64,000 bases of DNA, taken from NCBI GenBank assembly GCA_965661285.1, contig CBFIDD010000004.1, forward strand, positions 1-64,000, written 5' to 3'. The notes under the pieces are model-generated. The model worked only from the letters and a program-made list of their open reading frames with translations, ran no database searches and was not told where the DNA came from. Source of the stretch: Poseidonia sp. (GTDB lineage: Archaea; Thermoplasmatota; Poseidoniia; Poseidoniales; Poseidoniaceae). The translations under genes were made by a program, and so were the position numbers. Below, one piece after another: positions 47,262 through 57,101 of this stretch. Every line of letters starts with the position of its first letter. Position 1 is the stretch's first letter.

Positions 47262-48641
47262 CTACTTGATGTCAATGCGGCCTTTCCAACGAGCGAGCAA
47301 CTGGGCCTGCTTTGCGGGCGCCATCCACACCTTCATCGACATAGGACCGCCTTCAGAGCGCTGGTCATCTTCCACCATGCCGTTGGCGTAGATCTCGGCT
47401 ACGATGCGTTCGCTTGCGTCGGGAGAACCGTTCGTTGGGGGTTGGACCTCAACGACCACGGCTTGGCCGAACAAGCGCTCCCGAATCAGATGCTGAAGGG
47501 CTTCAATGCCCTCACCTGTCATGGATGAAACGGGTGCAGGGTCGTCAAAACCGAGGTGGGAAACAAGGTCGACAACGCCCTGAAGTTGTTGGGGCGTCAC
47601 TTTGTCGATTTTGGTCAGCACCACGTGCGGCGGTCGCTGTTCTTCGAGGGGGGCGGGTTCGGTATCTTGGCGCTCGACCACCTCTCGGCGCGTGGTTTCC
47701 AATTTTCGTTTGATTTCAGGGATGGAGTCGGAGGAGTCGAGCAAAATTAGCGTCAAATCGGCATCTATCGCTTCAGCAATAGTTGATTTAAATGCCGATA
47801 GTGTGGCATTTGGTATATTGTCAATAAATCCAATCGTATCCGCCAGAAGAATGCGCGGACTTTTCTCCATCCGGCCCACGGTGGTCTCCAGCGTGGAGAA
47901 CAATTGGTCCTCCACAAGCACGGTTTTCCCTGATAGATGCTGGAAAAGGGAGGATTTTCCCGCGTTGGTGTAGCCCACAAAGCCCACGGTCATTGCGCCG
48001 CTGCGGCTGCGTTGACGTCGATGTTCACGCTGCGCATTGGCGTGTTTTTTCTGTCGGCGGCGGAGATTGGTCAATTCCCTGTTGAGATTGGCGAGCACAC
48101 CTTGCAGGGCCGTGATACCGCCACCACCGTATCCAGCCCGCTCTCCGGTCGTCTGCTGGTTGGCCAGCTCTCTGAGAACGGTTCGGTCGGATTGGAGTTG
48201 GGCGATGCGAACTTGCGTGCGCGCCTCGACCGACGAAGCGTGAGCGGTAAACAGCGCGAGAAGCAGGCGAACCCTGTCCCACACCTCCACTCCGAGTGCT
48301 TGGTTCACGCCGACCAATTGCCGCGGGGTGGCGTTGGTGTGAATGATGACAAGGTCAACACCCTCCCACGGGTGGCCCGTCATGGTGCTGTTTCGCTCGT
48401 CCGCAATGTCCTCAAGTCGGCCTTTTCCAAAGTAGGTCCTCGGGTCAGCGTGCCCGCTTTGCGCCACGGTTTCAACGATGCTGATGCCCATTGTTTCAGC
48501 CAGCGAACGCAGTTCCGTGGTGTCCTCGATGCCGCGCACAAGCAAGAGCGCCCGACGACCTTGGTGGTTGGTGCGGGCCTCGCCCAACACCACACCGCCG
48601 CTTCCGGCGACGACAAAGGGGTCTTCGGGCGGCGGGGCCAT
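47262..48641 (-). CDS. hflX: GTPase HflX
   Basis: YFGKG, WDR..L.L..F..HA...EA..QV, GYTNAGKSS (G1), QLFSTL (G2), DTIGF (G3), TKID (G4). Confidence 0.93.
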   Translation of the reverse strand: MAPPPEDPFVVAGSGGVVLGEARTNHQGRRALLLVRGIEDTTELRSLAETMGISIVETVAQSGHADPRTYFGKGRLEDIADERNSTMTGHPWEGVDLVIIHTNATPRQLVGVNQALGVEVWDRVRLLLALFTAHASSVEARTQVRIAQLQSDRTVLRELANQQTTGERAGYGGGGITALQGVLANLNRELTNLRRRQKKHANAQREHRRQRSRSGAMTVGFVGYTNAGKSSLFQHLSGKTVLVEDQLFSTLETTVGRMEKSPRILLADTIGFIDNIPNATLSAFKSTIAEAIDADLTLILLDSSDSIPEIKRKLETTRREVVERQDTEPAPLEEQRPPHVVLTKIDKVTPQQLQGVVDLVSHLGFDDPAPVSSMTGEGIEALQHLIRERLFGQAVVVEVQPPTNGSPDASERIVAEIYANGMVEDDQRSEGGPMSMKVWMAPAKQAQLLARWKGRIDIK

Positions 48642-48690
48642 GCTTTGGTGCGATGGTTAGTCTCATATCAGCCCACCCCAAGGCAACATC

Positions 48691-48918
48691 ATGACCGAAG
48701 CGCACACCATGACGGTTCGCTGGGCCGGTGATGGCGTTCTTGCCAACGCCTTGGCAGCAGCGGCCATGGAACAGGGTCATAAGGCGTTGGTTGCGCAGGA
48801 CGAAGGCAACGCCTCGCTGACGGTTGAAGTCTCTGACAACGACCTGCAAAGCCTACGGGACCGGGTGGATGCGCTTCTCGTCGCCTTCAGTGCTCTTGAA
48901 GAGCAGCACACCGGGTGA
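48691..48918 (+). CDS. Small hypothetical protein, possibly KEOPS Pcc1-like
   Basis: 75 aa; LTVEVSDNDLQSLRDRVDALL resembles the Pcc1 C-terminal pattern (weak). Confidence 0.5.
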   Translation: MTEAHTMTVRWAGDGVLANALAAAAMEQGHKALVAQDEGNASLTVEVSDNDLQSLRDRVDALLVAFSALEEQHTG

Positions 48919-48922
48919 AGGC

Positions 48923-49282
48923 ATGACGAAAACCACGCTCCTCATCGATGCCCATTGCGTGATGTGCAACGGTCTGGCTCGTTTTCTTCGCAAGCGAACC
49001 TCGCCGAAGGCAGCATTGGTCATCGAAGGCATTCAATCCGAAGAAGGGCAGGCGCTCATCTCGACCTTCCCGAAACGAATTCGGGCTATGGACACGCTCT
49101 ACGTGGTTCGAAACGGCAAGGTGCATGTCCGATCCGCAGGAGCGATACGATTGATGTTGTGCATGAAATGGTACTACGCGATGTGGTTTCCCGTTGCTTG
49201 GTTGGTTCCGCTTCCGCTTCGAGACGGCGTCTATTGGGTCGTTTCCAAAATACGACACCGCTTCGGGCGAACCGACGCTTAG
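48923..49282 (+). CDS. DCC1-like thiol-disulfide oxidoreductase (DUF393)
   Basis: DxxCxxC (DAHCVMC), QSEEG, RS.G, P..LRD..Y..V...RHR.G. Confidence 0.88.
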   Translation: MTKTTLLIDAHCVMCNGLARFLRKRTSPKAALVIEGIQSEEGQALISTFPKRIRAMDTLYVVRNGKVHVRSAGAIRLMLCMKWYYAMWFPVAWLVPLPLRDGVYWVVSKIRHRFGRTDA

Positions 49283-50058
49283 AGGTCCAAGTCCAAGACC
49301 ACCGGTGCATGGTCGGATACATCGAGGCCGCCTTGGCGCACGATATGGCAGTCCACAAGGGCCGCCGAGGCAGCGGGATTGAGCAGGAAGTAGTCAATGC
49401 GCCAGCCGCGGTCCTTCGCTCGTGCTTGCCCTCGATTTGACCACCAGGAGTAGATCTTGGCTCCTTCACCCGCACAGGACCTGAAGGCATCGGTCCAGCC
49501 GTCGGCAAGAAGTTCGCTAAACCACGTCCGCTCATGAGGCAAAAAGCCGGAATTTTTTGCGTTCCCTTTTGGGTTCCAAATATCGTCTTCGGTGTGAGCG
49601 ATGTTCAGGTCACCGCACACCACGACGGGCCGCTCGTCGTCCAAATACGGACGAATGAATTGTCGCCATTCCTCCATCCATCCCTCTTTGAATTGTTGTC
49701 GTTCATCTTTGCTCGAGCCGCTTGGCAAATAGGTGTTGATGCACACCACTCCGTTGAATTCACAGGTGAGGACACGCCCTTCGAGGTCGTCGGAATCCAG
49801 GGCACCGCCCTTTCCTTTACCGAGCACTGTATGCGCACCCACCGTACCGGTGGCGACGCCAGAATACCCTTTCTTTTCTGCCGGATGGAGGGTTACGGTC
49901 CAAGCCTCCGGCCACGACCACCCCTTGGGGAGTTGCTCCTCCAACGTTCGGGTTTCCTGCAGCATCATGACGTCAGCGTTTAGATTCTCAAAATAACCGT
50001 CAATGCCCTTGCGAATCGCCGCTCGAAGTCCGTTGACGTTCCACGAAACAAAACGCAT
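49279..50058 (-). CDS. xth: Exodeoxyribonuclease III / AP endonuclease
   Basis: SWNVNGLRA, LQET, GYSGVA, GDLNIAH, GWRIDY, SDHAP. Confidence 0.96.
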   Translation of the reverse strand: MRFVSWNVNGLRAAIRKGIDGYFENLNADVMMLQETRTLEEQLPKGWSWPEAWTVTLHPAEKKGYSGVATGTVGAHTVLGKGKGGALDSDDLEGRVLTCEFNGVVCINTYLPSGSSKDERQQFKEGWMEEWRQFIRPYLDDERPVVVCGDLNIAHTEDDIWNPKGNAKNSGFLPHERTWFSELLADGWTDAFRSCAGEGAKIYSWWSNRGQARAKDRGWRIDYFLLNPAASAALVDCHIVRQGGLDVSDHAPVVLDLDL

Positions 50059-50091
50059 GATGGTCGGTCAACGCCGACGGTGAATAAGGGT

Positions 50092-51177
50092 TCAAGGAAC
50101 ATGTTGTCCGCACAGCTTCCCGGTTGCTGCAGCTGCATCGGCGAGTTCGTATTCACTCTCGACCCATTCGCCCGCCAGCAGGATGTTATGCTCGGCGTAA
50201 TGGTCGAAACGGGGTTTGGTTCCCTCCGTTTGGACCGTGATGCTCGTCTGTTTGCGCTGATGGACGACGTGGCGCTGCCAGCCTGTTGCCGTGCGTTCAA
50301 GGAAGGCGTCAAGGCGAGACATTCTCGCGTCGCTGGATTCGTCCGGGCGTTCGACCATCACCGCTGATAACAACGCACCGTCGAGATTCAGCCGCGGTTG
50401 GATGTTGGCGAGGTCGACGATGTAGGCGCCCTCGCGAGCATCGATGATGCCGTGTTTTTCGCCCAGAGGACGAGCGGTGAGAAGGGCATCCAAGGTGCTC
50501 GCCCGAACCGGTTTGACGCCCTGAAGCGCTTCGTCATCAATCGGTTTGAGCAGACGAAGGGCTTGGGAGGCCCCGGTTGCCAACACCACCGTATCGCTTT
50601 GGAACGCCCGCCCATCCTCGAGGACAACACGCCCACGTTCAACGGAAGCCACCGTGCAGTTGGCCTCGATCAACACGCCCACCTCATCCAGCGCAGCCGC
50701 CATGCGTCCAACCAAACCCGCCCAGCCTTCGCCGATGACCGCAAGACGTTGTTTCTGAAGCGCCGTGTAGCGTGCTGCGAAACGAAGCACCCCCGAACCC
50801 GCCAACAAGGCCGCTGCACGAGCCGCTTCGGAGGTTGAGTCCCCACGACGCAATTCCCTGCGGAGTTGAGCAGCGAGGCGCACGTTGTTTCGCGGGCGAA
50901 GCGGGCCGACGGACGTCGCGTGGAGCCGGTCGAGACGCGGGGCGGCAAGGACAAGCGGAAGGCGACTGATTTTCTTGATGACCTTCATCAGGGGCCCCCG
51001 GCGATGAAGAAGGTGCAAACCGTAGCCAAAGGGAGCGCCCTCGACGGTCTGTGAGGTTCCGCGTCCGCCGAGGCGGTCGGTACGGTCCAACACCACGACA
51101 TGGTGGCCCGCTGTGACCGCATAAAGCGCGGTCGTCAGGCCAGCGATGCCTGCCCCGACCACCGTAACACGTGCCAT
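50092..51177 (-). CDS. FAD-dependent oxidoreductase
   Basis: VVGAGIAGL..A dinucleotide fold, LGGR, C-terminal LAGEWV...LADAA..TG. Confidence 0.8.
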   Translation of the reverse strand: MARVTVVGAGIAGLTTALYAVTAGHHVVVLDRTDRLGGRGTSQTVEGAPFGYGLHLLHRRGPLMKVIKKISRLPLVLAAPRLDRLHATSVGPLRPRNNVRLAAQLRRELRRGDSTSEAARAAALLAGSGVLRFAARYTALQKQRLAVIGEGWAGLVGRMAAALDEVGVLIEANCTVASVERGRVVLEDGRAFQSDTVVLATGASQALRLLKPIDDEALQGVKPVRASTLDALLTARPLGEKHGIIDAREGAYIVDLANIQPRLNLDGALLSAVMVERPDESSDARMSRLDAFLERTATGWQRHVVHQRKQTSITVQTEGTKPRFDHYAEHNILLAGEWVESEYELADAAAATGKLCGQHVP

Positions 51178-51250
51178 GGTCTCCGTAAGAGGTGGGCATC
51201 AAAAGGTCTTGGAGGGGTGCTTTCAAGAGGTCGTCCACACTCCACTCAAC

Positions 51251-52195
51251 ATGGCCGATGCTCCCGCCCTGCCCCACGACCGTGGGCATGAACTGTGGAC
51301 CATGGAGGACGGTCCGAGCAGGAAATTGATGGCCAGCATCGACCGTTGGGTGGGCGCAATGGTCGGCGATGACGGGATCGACATGCCGCTTTCGGGCGGC
51401 GGGCCTTCCATTGAGGCGACGGTGTTCGCCCGCGCCGACGGTTTGGTCGTCGGGTGCGCTGTGGTGGACTACCTGCTGCAAATTTGGGCGCCTTCAGTCA
51501 AAGTTTCGTGGTTTGCTGGTGACGGAAAACGTGTTTCATCGGGCGATGAAATCGCATGCTTTTCCGGTGCTCGTGAGGACGTGCTCGCCGTTGAGCGGAT
51601 TGCACTGAATGCCCTTGGACAACTCTCCGGTATCGCTACCGAAACAAAGCGTTGGTCCGCGATAGCCCCCAAGCAAATCGCGAGCACGCGGAAAACGGTG
51701 TGGGGTCTGCTCGACAAGTGGGCCGTCCATATGGGAGGGGGGTTGACGCACCGCCTCTCAAAAGACGACGCTTTGATGCTCAAGGAAAACGACCTTGCCA
51801 GCATGCACGATGATCTTGAGACGCACGTTGAACGCATGGTCACCTTCCTGCAGAACGTGAACATGGAAGAGGTCGGCGCCTTCCTTGAAATTGAAACCCG
51901 CACCGACAAGGAGGCTTTGATGGCGGCCATGGTGTGGTCGCAACGTCGGCCAAACGAAGGGCTTGACCGACTTGTCGTCATGCTTGACAATTTCACGCCC
52001 GAACAGTGCAAGACGGTGCACGAACAAATGCAAGACCAAGGTGTACGGGAACACGTGGTCCTGGAGGCCAGCGGAGGGATCGTGTTTGACGACCTCAAAT
52101 CGTGGCATGAATGCGGCCTGGACGTGATTTCCACGAGTGCGGTGAACCGCGGCGTTTCTCCCCTCGATGTGAGCATGCTCGTCAACGGTTTGTGA
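51251..52195 (+). CDS. nadC: Nicotinate-nucleotide pyrophosphorylase (quinolinate phosphoribosyltransferase) family
   Basis: ERIALN.L..LSGIAT, TRKT, HR, MLKEN, IE, MLDNF, EASGG, DVIS. Confidence 0.85.
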   Translation: MADAPALPHDRGHELWTMEDGPSRKLMASIDRWVGAMVGDDGIDMPLSGGGPSIEATVFARADGLVVGCAVVDYLLQIWAPSVKVSWFAGDGKRVSSGDEIACFSGAREDVLAVERIALNALGQLSGIATETKRWSAIAPKQIASTRKTVWGLLDKWAVHMGGGLTHRLSKDDALMLKENDLASMHDDLETHVERMVTFLQNVNMEEVGAFLEIETRTDKEALMAAMVWSQRRPNEGLDRLVVMLDNFTPEQCKTVHEQMQDQGVREHVVLEASGGIVFDDLKSWHECGLDVISTSAVNRGVSPLDVSMLVNGL

Positions 52196-52204
52196 GGCGA
52201 TACC

Positions 52205-52954
52205 ATGGACGAAATCGCGGCCGACCCAAGTCATCCACGCTATGCTTCCCTTCTCATGCGCCATCGCCTTGAAGTCGCTGCTGAACGAGGCATGCTGGCA
52301 GCAAGTGCCATGATCGCCCACGGGCGAGGGGAGGCGTTTGACTATCTGTTGGGCGAGCGAACCACCGAGAGCGCCGCTGCAGCAGCCCGCCAAGCGCTTG
52401 CCGTCCTCCAAGCCGCCAAACGACCGGTGCTCAGCGTCAACGGAAACGTGGCTGCATTGGCGTGTGATGAAATGTTGCGCCTGGCCGATGTGCTCCAGTG
52501 TCCCCTTGAGGTCAACATCTTTTATCGCACGCCGCAGCGAATGGAGGCCATTTTGTCCTACATGAACGAACGAAAGGTTGCGCTCGGGCTGAACGTTACC
52601 GTCCTTGGCGATGCGCCCAACGCCACCATCCCGGGACTCAAAGGGCCGAGGGCTGCGTGTCATCGCGAAGGCATATTGGAAAGCGACGCCATCCTTGTTC
52701 CGTTGGAAGATGGCGACCGATGTCAAGCCCTCGTGGCCATGGAAAAAGACGTCATTGTCATCGATTTGAACCCGCTTTCCCGCTCCGCAAAAGAGGCGAC
52801 CATCACCATCGTTGACGAACTCTCACGGGCCCTGACCACCATGCTCAATCTGGCGGAAACCGATGGCAAGGTGCCCGTTGACGAAACCTATGACCACGAA
52901 GCTATCCTGGATGCAGGCCTCGGTGCAATGCTTTCAGCGCTCAAGGAATCGTGA
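52205..52954 (+). CDS. Archaeal 4-phosphopantoate--beta-alanine ligase (phosphopantothenate synthetase)
   Basis: HPRY.SL..R, IAHGRGEAFDYLLGE, SVNGNVAAL, EVNIFYRT, VPLEDGDR, IDLNPLSRS. Confidence 0.95.
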   Translation: MDEIAADPSHPRYASLLMRHRLEVAAERGMLAASAMIAHGRGEAFDYLLGERTTESAAAAARQALAVLQAAKRPVLSVNGNVAALACDEMLRLADVLQCPLEVNIFYRTPQRMEAILSYMNERKVALGLNVTVLGDAPNATIPGLKGPRAACHREGILESDAILVPLEDGDRCQALVAMEKDVIVIDLNPLSRSAKEATITIVDELSRALTTMLNLAETDGKVPVDETYDHEAILDAGLGAMLSALKES

Positions 52955-53037
52955 TGTTGAACCTCGTCTGAGGCCCGTGGGTCGTCCGGGTTGGCGCATC
53001 AACAGATCTTCATGTGCAATGGGGGAGCCATTGGGCC

Positions 53038-53226
53038 ATGTCCCGGCTCAAGCAAGGATTTTTGCGTCTGATTGAACTCTCACTCTACGGGCACGGCGTG
53101 CTGCATTTTGCCGAGTTGGGATTCGCCGTCTACGAAGAGGCGTACATCACCGCTTCGCTTGCGGGATTTGGAGCACTCACGATGATCCTGGGTGCTCTTT
53201 TCCTCGGGCGAACCCATCATCATTGA
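53038..53226 (+). CDS. Small two-TM protein ending in HHH
   Basis: 62-aa ORF in an intergenic gap; two hydrophobic segments, HGVLH and a terminal HHH. Confidence 0.55.
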   Translation: MSRLKQGFLRLIELSLYGHGVLHFAELGFAVYEEAYITASLAGFGALTMILGALFLGRTHHH

Positions 53227-53340
53227 TAGCACAGGATGGCGATCGTGCGCTCAAAGGCAGATGACGGTGGAGCCAAGCCGAGGAGTGGTTATCCCGTCGT
53301 TGGGCTTGTTATGGCTCGTGGCAGGTGCTGCCCCAGAGGC

Positions 53341-54522
53341 TCAACGCTCTTTGAGTTTGGCTGCGAGTCGGTCGGCAATGCTCTCGCCCACGTCGGAGCA
53401 CGAGGCGGTGCCGCCCAAATCGTAGGTCAGCATGTCGCCCGCCTTGAGGTGGTCAGCGACGCTTTCATCGATGAGCCGGCCGATGTCAACGAGGTCGTCG
53501 TCGTTGTTCTTGCGACCCAGATAATCCATCATCATCTGGATGGAATTGATGGAGGCGATGGGGTTGACCTTGTTTTGGCCGGCATGCTTTGGAGCAGAGC
53601 CGTGAACGGGTTCGAAGAAGGCGTGGTCGTCACCGATATTGCCCGAGGCCGCCATGCCCATGCCACCCTGAAGCACGGCGCCGAGATCGGTGGAAATGTC
53701 GCCAAACATGTTGGAGGTCACGACGGTGTCATAGTGCTCAGGCGAGCGGGTGATCCACTGCATGAAGGCGTCGATGTAGCCGTAGTCGGCCTCGGTGCCG
53801 GGGTAGCCTGAGGCCACTTCGTCAAAGGTCGAGCGGAAGAGTTGGCATCCTCGGGTAACGTTGGACTTGTCAATACACGAGACACGGCGCACACCGTCGG
53901 CAGGAGCGCCGTTGCGCGTCTCTGCGATTTCAAAGCCCATGCGAATCAAGCGCTCGGAGCCGCTCTTGGAAATGGGACGTGGGTCGTAGGCCACCTCGCC
54001 GTCCAAGCCGGGGAAGGTCATCGGCTCAGGCTCGTACTCGGGGCGTCCTTGTGCTCGGTCAGCGGAGCGGCGCAGGAGGGCGTGGTAGAGGCCTTCGGTG
54101 TTTTCTCTCAGAATGGTCATGTCGACCATGCCGGGCTCCCAAATTTGGCGGAAGCCACCGTGGATTTTGTGCGGGACCCCTTCGTAGAGCTTGATGGGGC
54201 GGACGTTCGCATAGAGGTCCAAACCGCTTCGAAGCCCGAGAATGACCGACCCGCCAGCCAAGTCGCCGTTGGGCAGACGTGCGCCAGGGTAGCCGATGGC
54301 ACCAAGGAAGATCGCATCGGTTTCGTTACGACAGACGTCAAAGGACCCTTCGGCCCACTCCTCGCCCGTGGCTTTGTAGTGCTGGCCCCCACAGGGAATG
54401 ACCGTTTGCGTGAAGCCATGATTGGAGTGCGCTTCGATGGTGTCGAGAATGCGCTGCGCTTCGACGGCGACTTCTCGGCCTGTCCCGTCGCCTGGCAGAA
54501 CCGTGATGCGATGGTCACTCAT
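53341..54522 (-). CDS. Isocitrate/isopropylmalate dehydrogenase family (beta-decarboxylating)
   Basis: LPGDGTG.EV, LR..LDLYANVRP, RENTEGLY, DKSNV, NMFGDISTD, FEPVHGSAP. Substrate cannot be determined from sequence. Confidence 0.92.
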   Translation of the reverse strand: MSDHRITVLPGDGTGREVAVEAQRILDTIEAHSNHGFTQTVIPCGGQHYKATGEEWAEGSFDVCRNETDAIFLGAIGYPGARLPNGDLAGGSVILGLRSGLDLYANVRPIKLYEGVPHKIHGGFRQIWEPGMVDMTILRENTEGLYHALLRRSADRAQGRPEYEPEPMTFPGLDGEVAYDPRPISKSGSERLIRMGFEIAETRNGAPADGVRRVSCIDKSNVTRGCQLFRSTFDEVASGYPGTEADYGYIDAFMQWITRSPEHYDTVVTSNMFGDISTDLGAVLQGGMGMAASGNIGDDHAFFEPVHGSAPKHAGQNKVNPIASINSIQMMMDYLGRKNNDDDLVDIGRLIDESVADHLKAGDMLTYDLGGTASCSDVGESIADRLAAKLKER

Positions 54523-54694
54523 GGCTCCTCGCACAGGGCGCTTCTACATGAACGCGACCCTTTCGGTTGAACGGCGGCATGATGGGAGCGGAAAGCGCAC
54601 GGTGATTGGAGAAGGACAAGAACCGAATAAAAATCAGTCGTTTCAGCACCTTCCAAGGGGATGTTTCATAGGCTGTCAATTGAGAAGAATAACC

Positions 54695-55345
54695 ATGGCA
54701 GACGAGAACAAAAACAGCCAAGAACGGCGTGTTTCCCTCGAGGATTTGCCATCGGAAGTTCACCAACTCGCTGATGCGATGCTCGGCATCAACCCGCAAT
54801 GGAACGTGCACGATTGGTTGGTTGAGCAAGCCAACTTGGCGATGGACCTGCTGGCGGTTGACCTGCTTAGAGAGAAGGTGATGATCGAACAGCGACTTCA
54901 ACGACTCGACGACCTCGGTCGGCGCTTGGAGTCGAAGGAAACCATTGTGCAGGGCAGTGACGACCCGCATCAGCGCAACCTGTTTGATTGCTTTGACCTG
55001 AACGAGCCACATGCGCTGCGCGGCCTTGGCGAACGCGCCACGACATCTCCAAAACAAGGTGAGGCAGCGGCTGAAGAACAGCACCCCTCCAATATTTTCC
55101 TCGACCTCATGCCGCACGCCAACACCGACGACCCGCTGTTGGCCATCGCCTGCCAGGCTGTCGTCATGTGCATTGAACACGAGTTGGGGCGTGGCGAGCC
55201 GGTGGCCACGCTACAAGCGATTTTTGACCACACCCGAACATCGAACATCGAAGACAACGAAACCGATGAAGCGTTGGACCATCTGTTGACAACTGGCATG
55301 GTGCTTGAGGTGGATGATGACTGCTTCATTCTCCTCCCGCCGTGA
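54695..55345 (+). CDS. Hypothetical protein with coiled coil and a C-terminal winged-helix-like segment
   Basis: Start at MADENK; central heptad region; ends ETDEALDHLLTTGMVLEVDDDCFILL. Confidence 0.7.
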   Translation: MADENKNSQERRVSLEDLPSEVHQLADAMLGINPQWNVHDWLVEQANLAMDLLAVDLLREKVMIEQRLQRLDDLGRRLESKETIVQGSDDPHQRNLFDCFDLNEPHALRGLGERATTSPKQGEAAAEEQHPSNIFLDLMPHANTDDPLLAIACQAVVMCIEHELGRGEPVATLQAIFDHTRTSNIEDNETDEALDHLLTTGMVLEVDDDCFILLPP

Positions 55346-55403
55346 AGGGACCCCGGAGCAGTCCCAACGACCGACTTTAGTGTACGGGCATCCAAGTTAC
55401 CAC

Positions 55404-56012
55404 ATGGGCATCGTTCGTTCGGTTTTTTGGGGAAGTGCAGCATGGTTTTCAGCAACGGCGATGATGGTTCACCCTGAGATGGCGCTGGGTTTGGCCATCG
55501 TCGTCGCCTTCCTTTCCGAATCGACCCACCACGGTGCTGAACTTCGTCGGATGCAACGGGACGGGCAAAATCTTTCCAATCAACTCCGAGACGCAGATCG
55601 TCACGTCGAGGAACTCAAGCGCGCCCTAACGAGAAGGCACGTCGAGTTGAACACCGCCATTGAAGAACTGCAACGCAGGGACGCTGTGGGCAGCCCTGCT
55701 GCACGAGAATTATTGAAACGCCAGGAAGAAGCCATGACCGCCGCCTCCAAAGCCCTTGAGGCCCGGCAGGAGCGCAACGATGTTGTATTCGACAGCATGG
55801 AGCGCCTCCTCAACATGCAGGTGGAGCAAACGGCGAACATGCAACAAGCCATGAGTGACCTTCTTCAACACCTCATCTCCCAGCCGCGAGGTCATTTTAC
55901 CATGCGCGACAGCGTCCTGGTCAACGAAGGTTCAACCCACGATACTCACCTCAGCGATACCGTTGCCGAAGTCAACAGGTGGTTGGCAGAAGAAGCGGCA
56001 CCTTCACCATGA
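55404..56012 (+). CDS. Hypothetical membrane-anchored coiled-coil protein
   Basis: Two N-terminal hydrophobic helices followed by a long heptad-rich region. Confidence 0.7.
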   Translation: MGIVRSVFWGSAAWFSATAMMVHPEMALGLAIVVAFLSESTHHGAELRRMQRDGQNLSNQLRDADRHVEELKRALTRRHVELNTAIEELQRRDAVGSPAARELLKRQEEAMTAASKALEARQERNDVVFDSMERLLNMQVEQTANMQQAMSDLLQHLISQPRGHFTMRDSVLVNEGSTHDTHLSDTVAEVNRWLAEEAAPSP

Positions 56013-56031
56013 GAACCCACGTGCAACAACC

Positions 56032-56343
56032 ATGGCTGGAAAGAAGGAAGGGGCGCAGCGCGTCCTCGATGCGCATGCCTCACGCCTGAGGGTCAAGCAG
56101 CGCCTCGTTCCTGTCGGCGTGATCATCGTGCTCATCGGCATCGGCGTCGCCGTCCTCACACGCTGGGAATTCGGTTTGGCCACCGTTCTGTTGTGTGGCT
56201 TGCTGTTTCAATATGCAGTGGAGCGCATGACCACCATCCTTGACGCAGGCATCATCAACGGGCTGAAAGACATGGGGTGGGACGCAGAGACCGAGCTTGA
56301 CGAGCAGACGCTTGAGAAAATCCAAACCATCGCAACGCGTTAG
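56032..56343 (+). CDS. Small two-TM hypothetical protein
   Basis: Start MAGKKEG; two hydrophobic helices; operon spacing. Confidence 0.65.
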   Translation: MAGKKEGAQRVLDAHASRLRVKQRLVPVGVIIVLIGIGVAVLTRWEFGLATVLLCGLLFQYAVERMTTILDAGIINGLKDMGWDAETELDEQTLEKIQTIATR

Positions 56344-56352
56344 GTGGACGCC

Positions 56353-57066
56353 ATGACCAACAAGGCGTTGATTGAGCAATTTTTTGTCCTAGAACGAGCC
56401 GGTCGGAAGAAACTCATTCTCACGATATGGAGCATTGTCATTTTAACCGACATCTTCGCTCTCATCGCCTACCTCCAAGGCATGGACGTCTATCGCATTC
56501 TTCAGTTCCTCGTCATTCCGTTTGCGTTCGCGTTGACGGTGCAGTGGCTCTCCTCATATCGTACCAAAACGTTGCAGCGCAGGCTTGGGGCACTGCTGGA
56601 CAGCATCGAATTTGGATGGGATGAATTGAACGGGCTTGATTTGAACCAAAAGGAAGCGGATCTGCTCCATCAAGCCTTTGCAGCGAGTAACCTCGGTCGT
56701 ATCGCCACCAACGAGTCCTATCTGCGCACGCGTGGAGGCGATGAAAAGGGGCCAGCCTTTGACAAAACAGAAGCGAGCGTGGACCCAAACCTCGTACGGG
56801 TGGACCCTTCGGTCCACGAAGGCGATTATGTGGGTCTCGAAGACGATTTAGGCGTGGCCGAGCAACTCGTCCACGAAGCCAACCAGCACTATGCGGAAGA
56901 GGCACAGCGCCAGTGGGAGGCGGCCGAGCAGCGCGACATGGACATGGTCGAGGCCGGTGTTGAACGGCTGGGAGATCTGGTGGCCAGTGGATGGTTTGAA
57001 CAGAATTCGGAAGACGGTGCGCTATCGGCCTTGATGGAAAGCGGAGAAGAGGACGAAGTCCCATGA
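56353..57066 (+). CDS. Hypothetical two-TM protein with acidic soluble domain
   Basis: AGGTGG SD upstream; two TM helices followed by an acidic helical region. Confidence 0.7.
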   Translation: MTNKALIEQFFVLERAGRKKLILTIWSIVILTDIFALIAYLQGMDVYRILQFLVIPFAFALTVQWLSSYRTKTLQRRLGALLDSIEFGWDELNGLDLNQKEADLLHQAFAASNLGRIATNESYLRTRGGDEKGPAFDKTEASVDPNLVRVDPSVHEGDYVGLEDDLGVAEQLVHEANQHYAEEAQRQWEAAEQRDMDMVEAGVERLGDLVASGWFEQNSEDGALSALMESGEEDEVP

Positions 57067-57101
57067 GCATCTTCTAAAGCCGTCTCCTCGCATAGCGCTC
57101 T

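Noticed and set aside
45851-51271. Carbonic anhydrase and NadC both begin MADAPAL
   Set aside because: The codons differ, the similarity stops after 7 residues and there is no flanking DNA repeat. Treated as coincidence.
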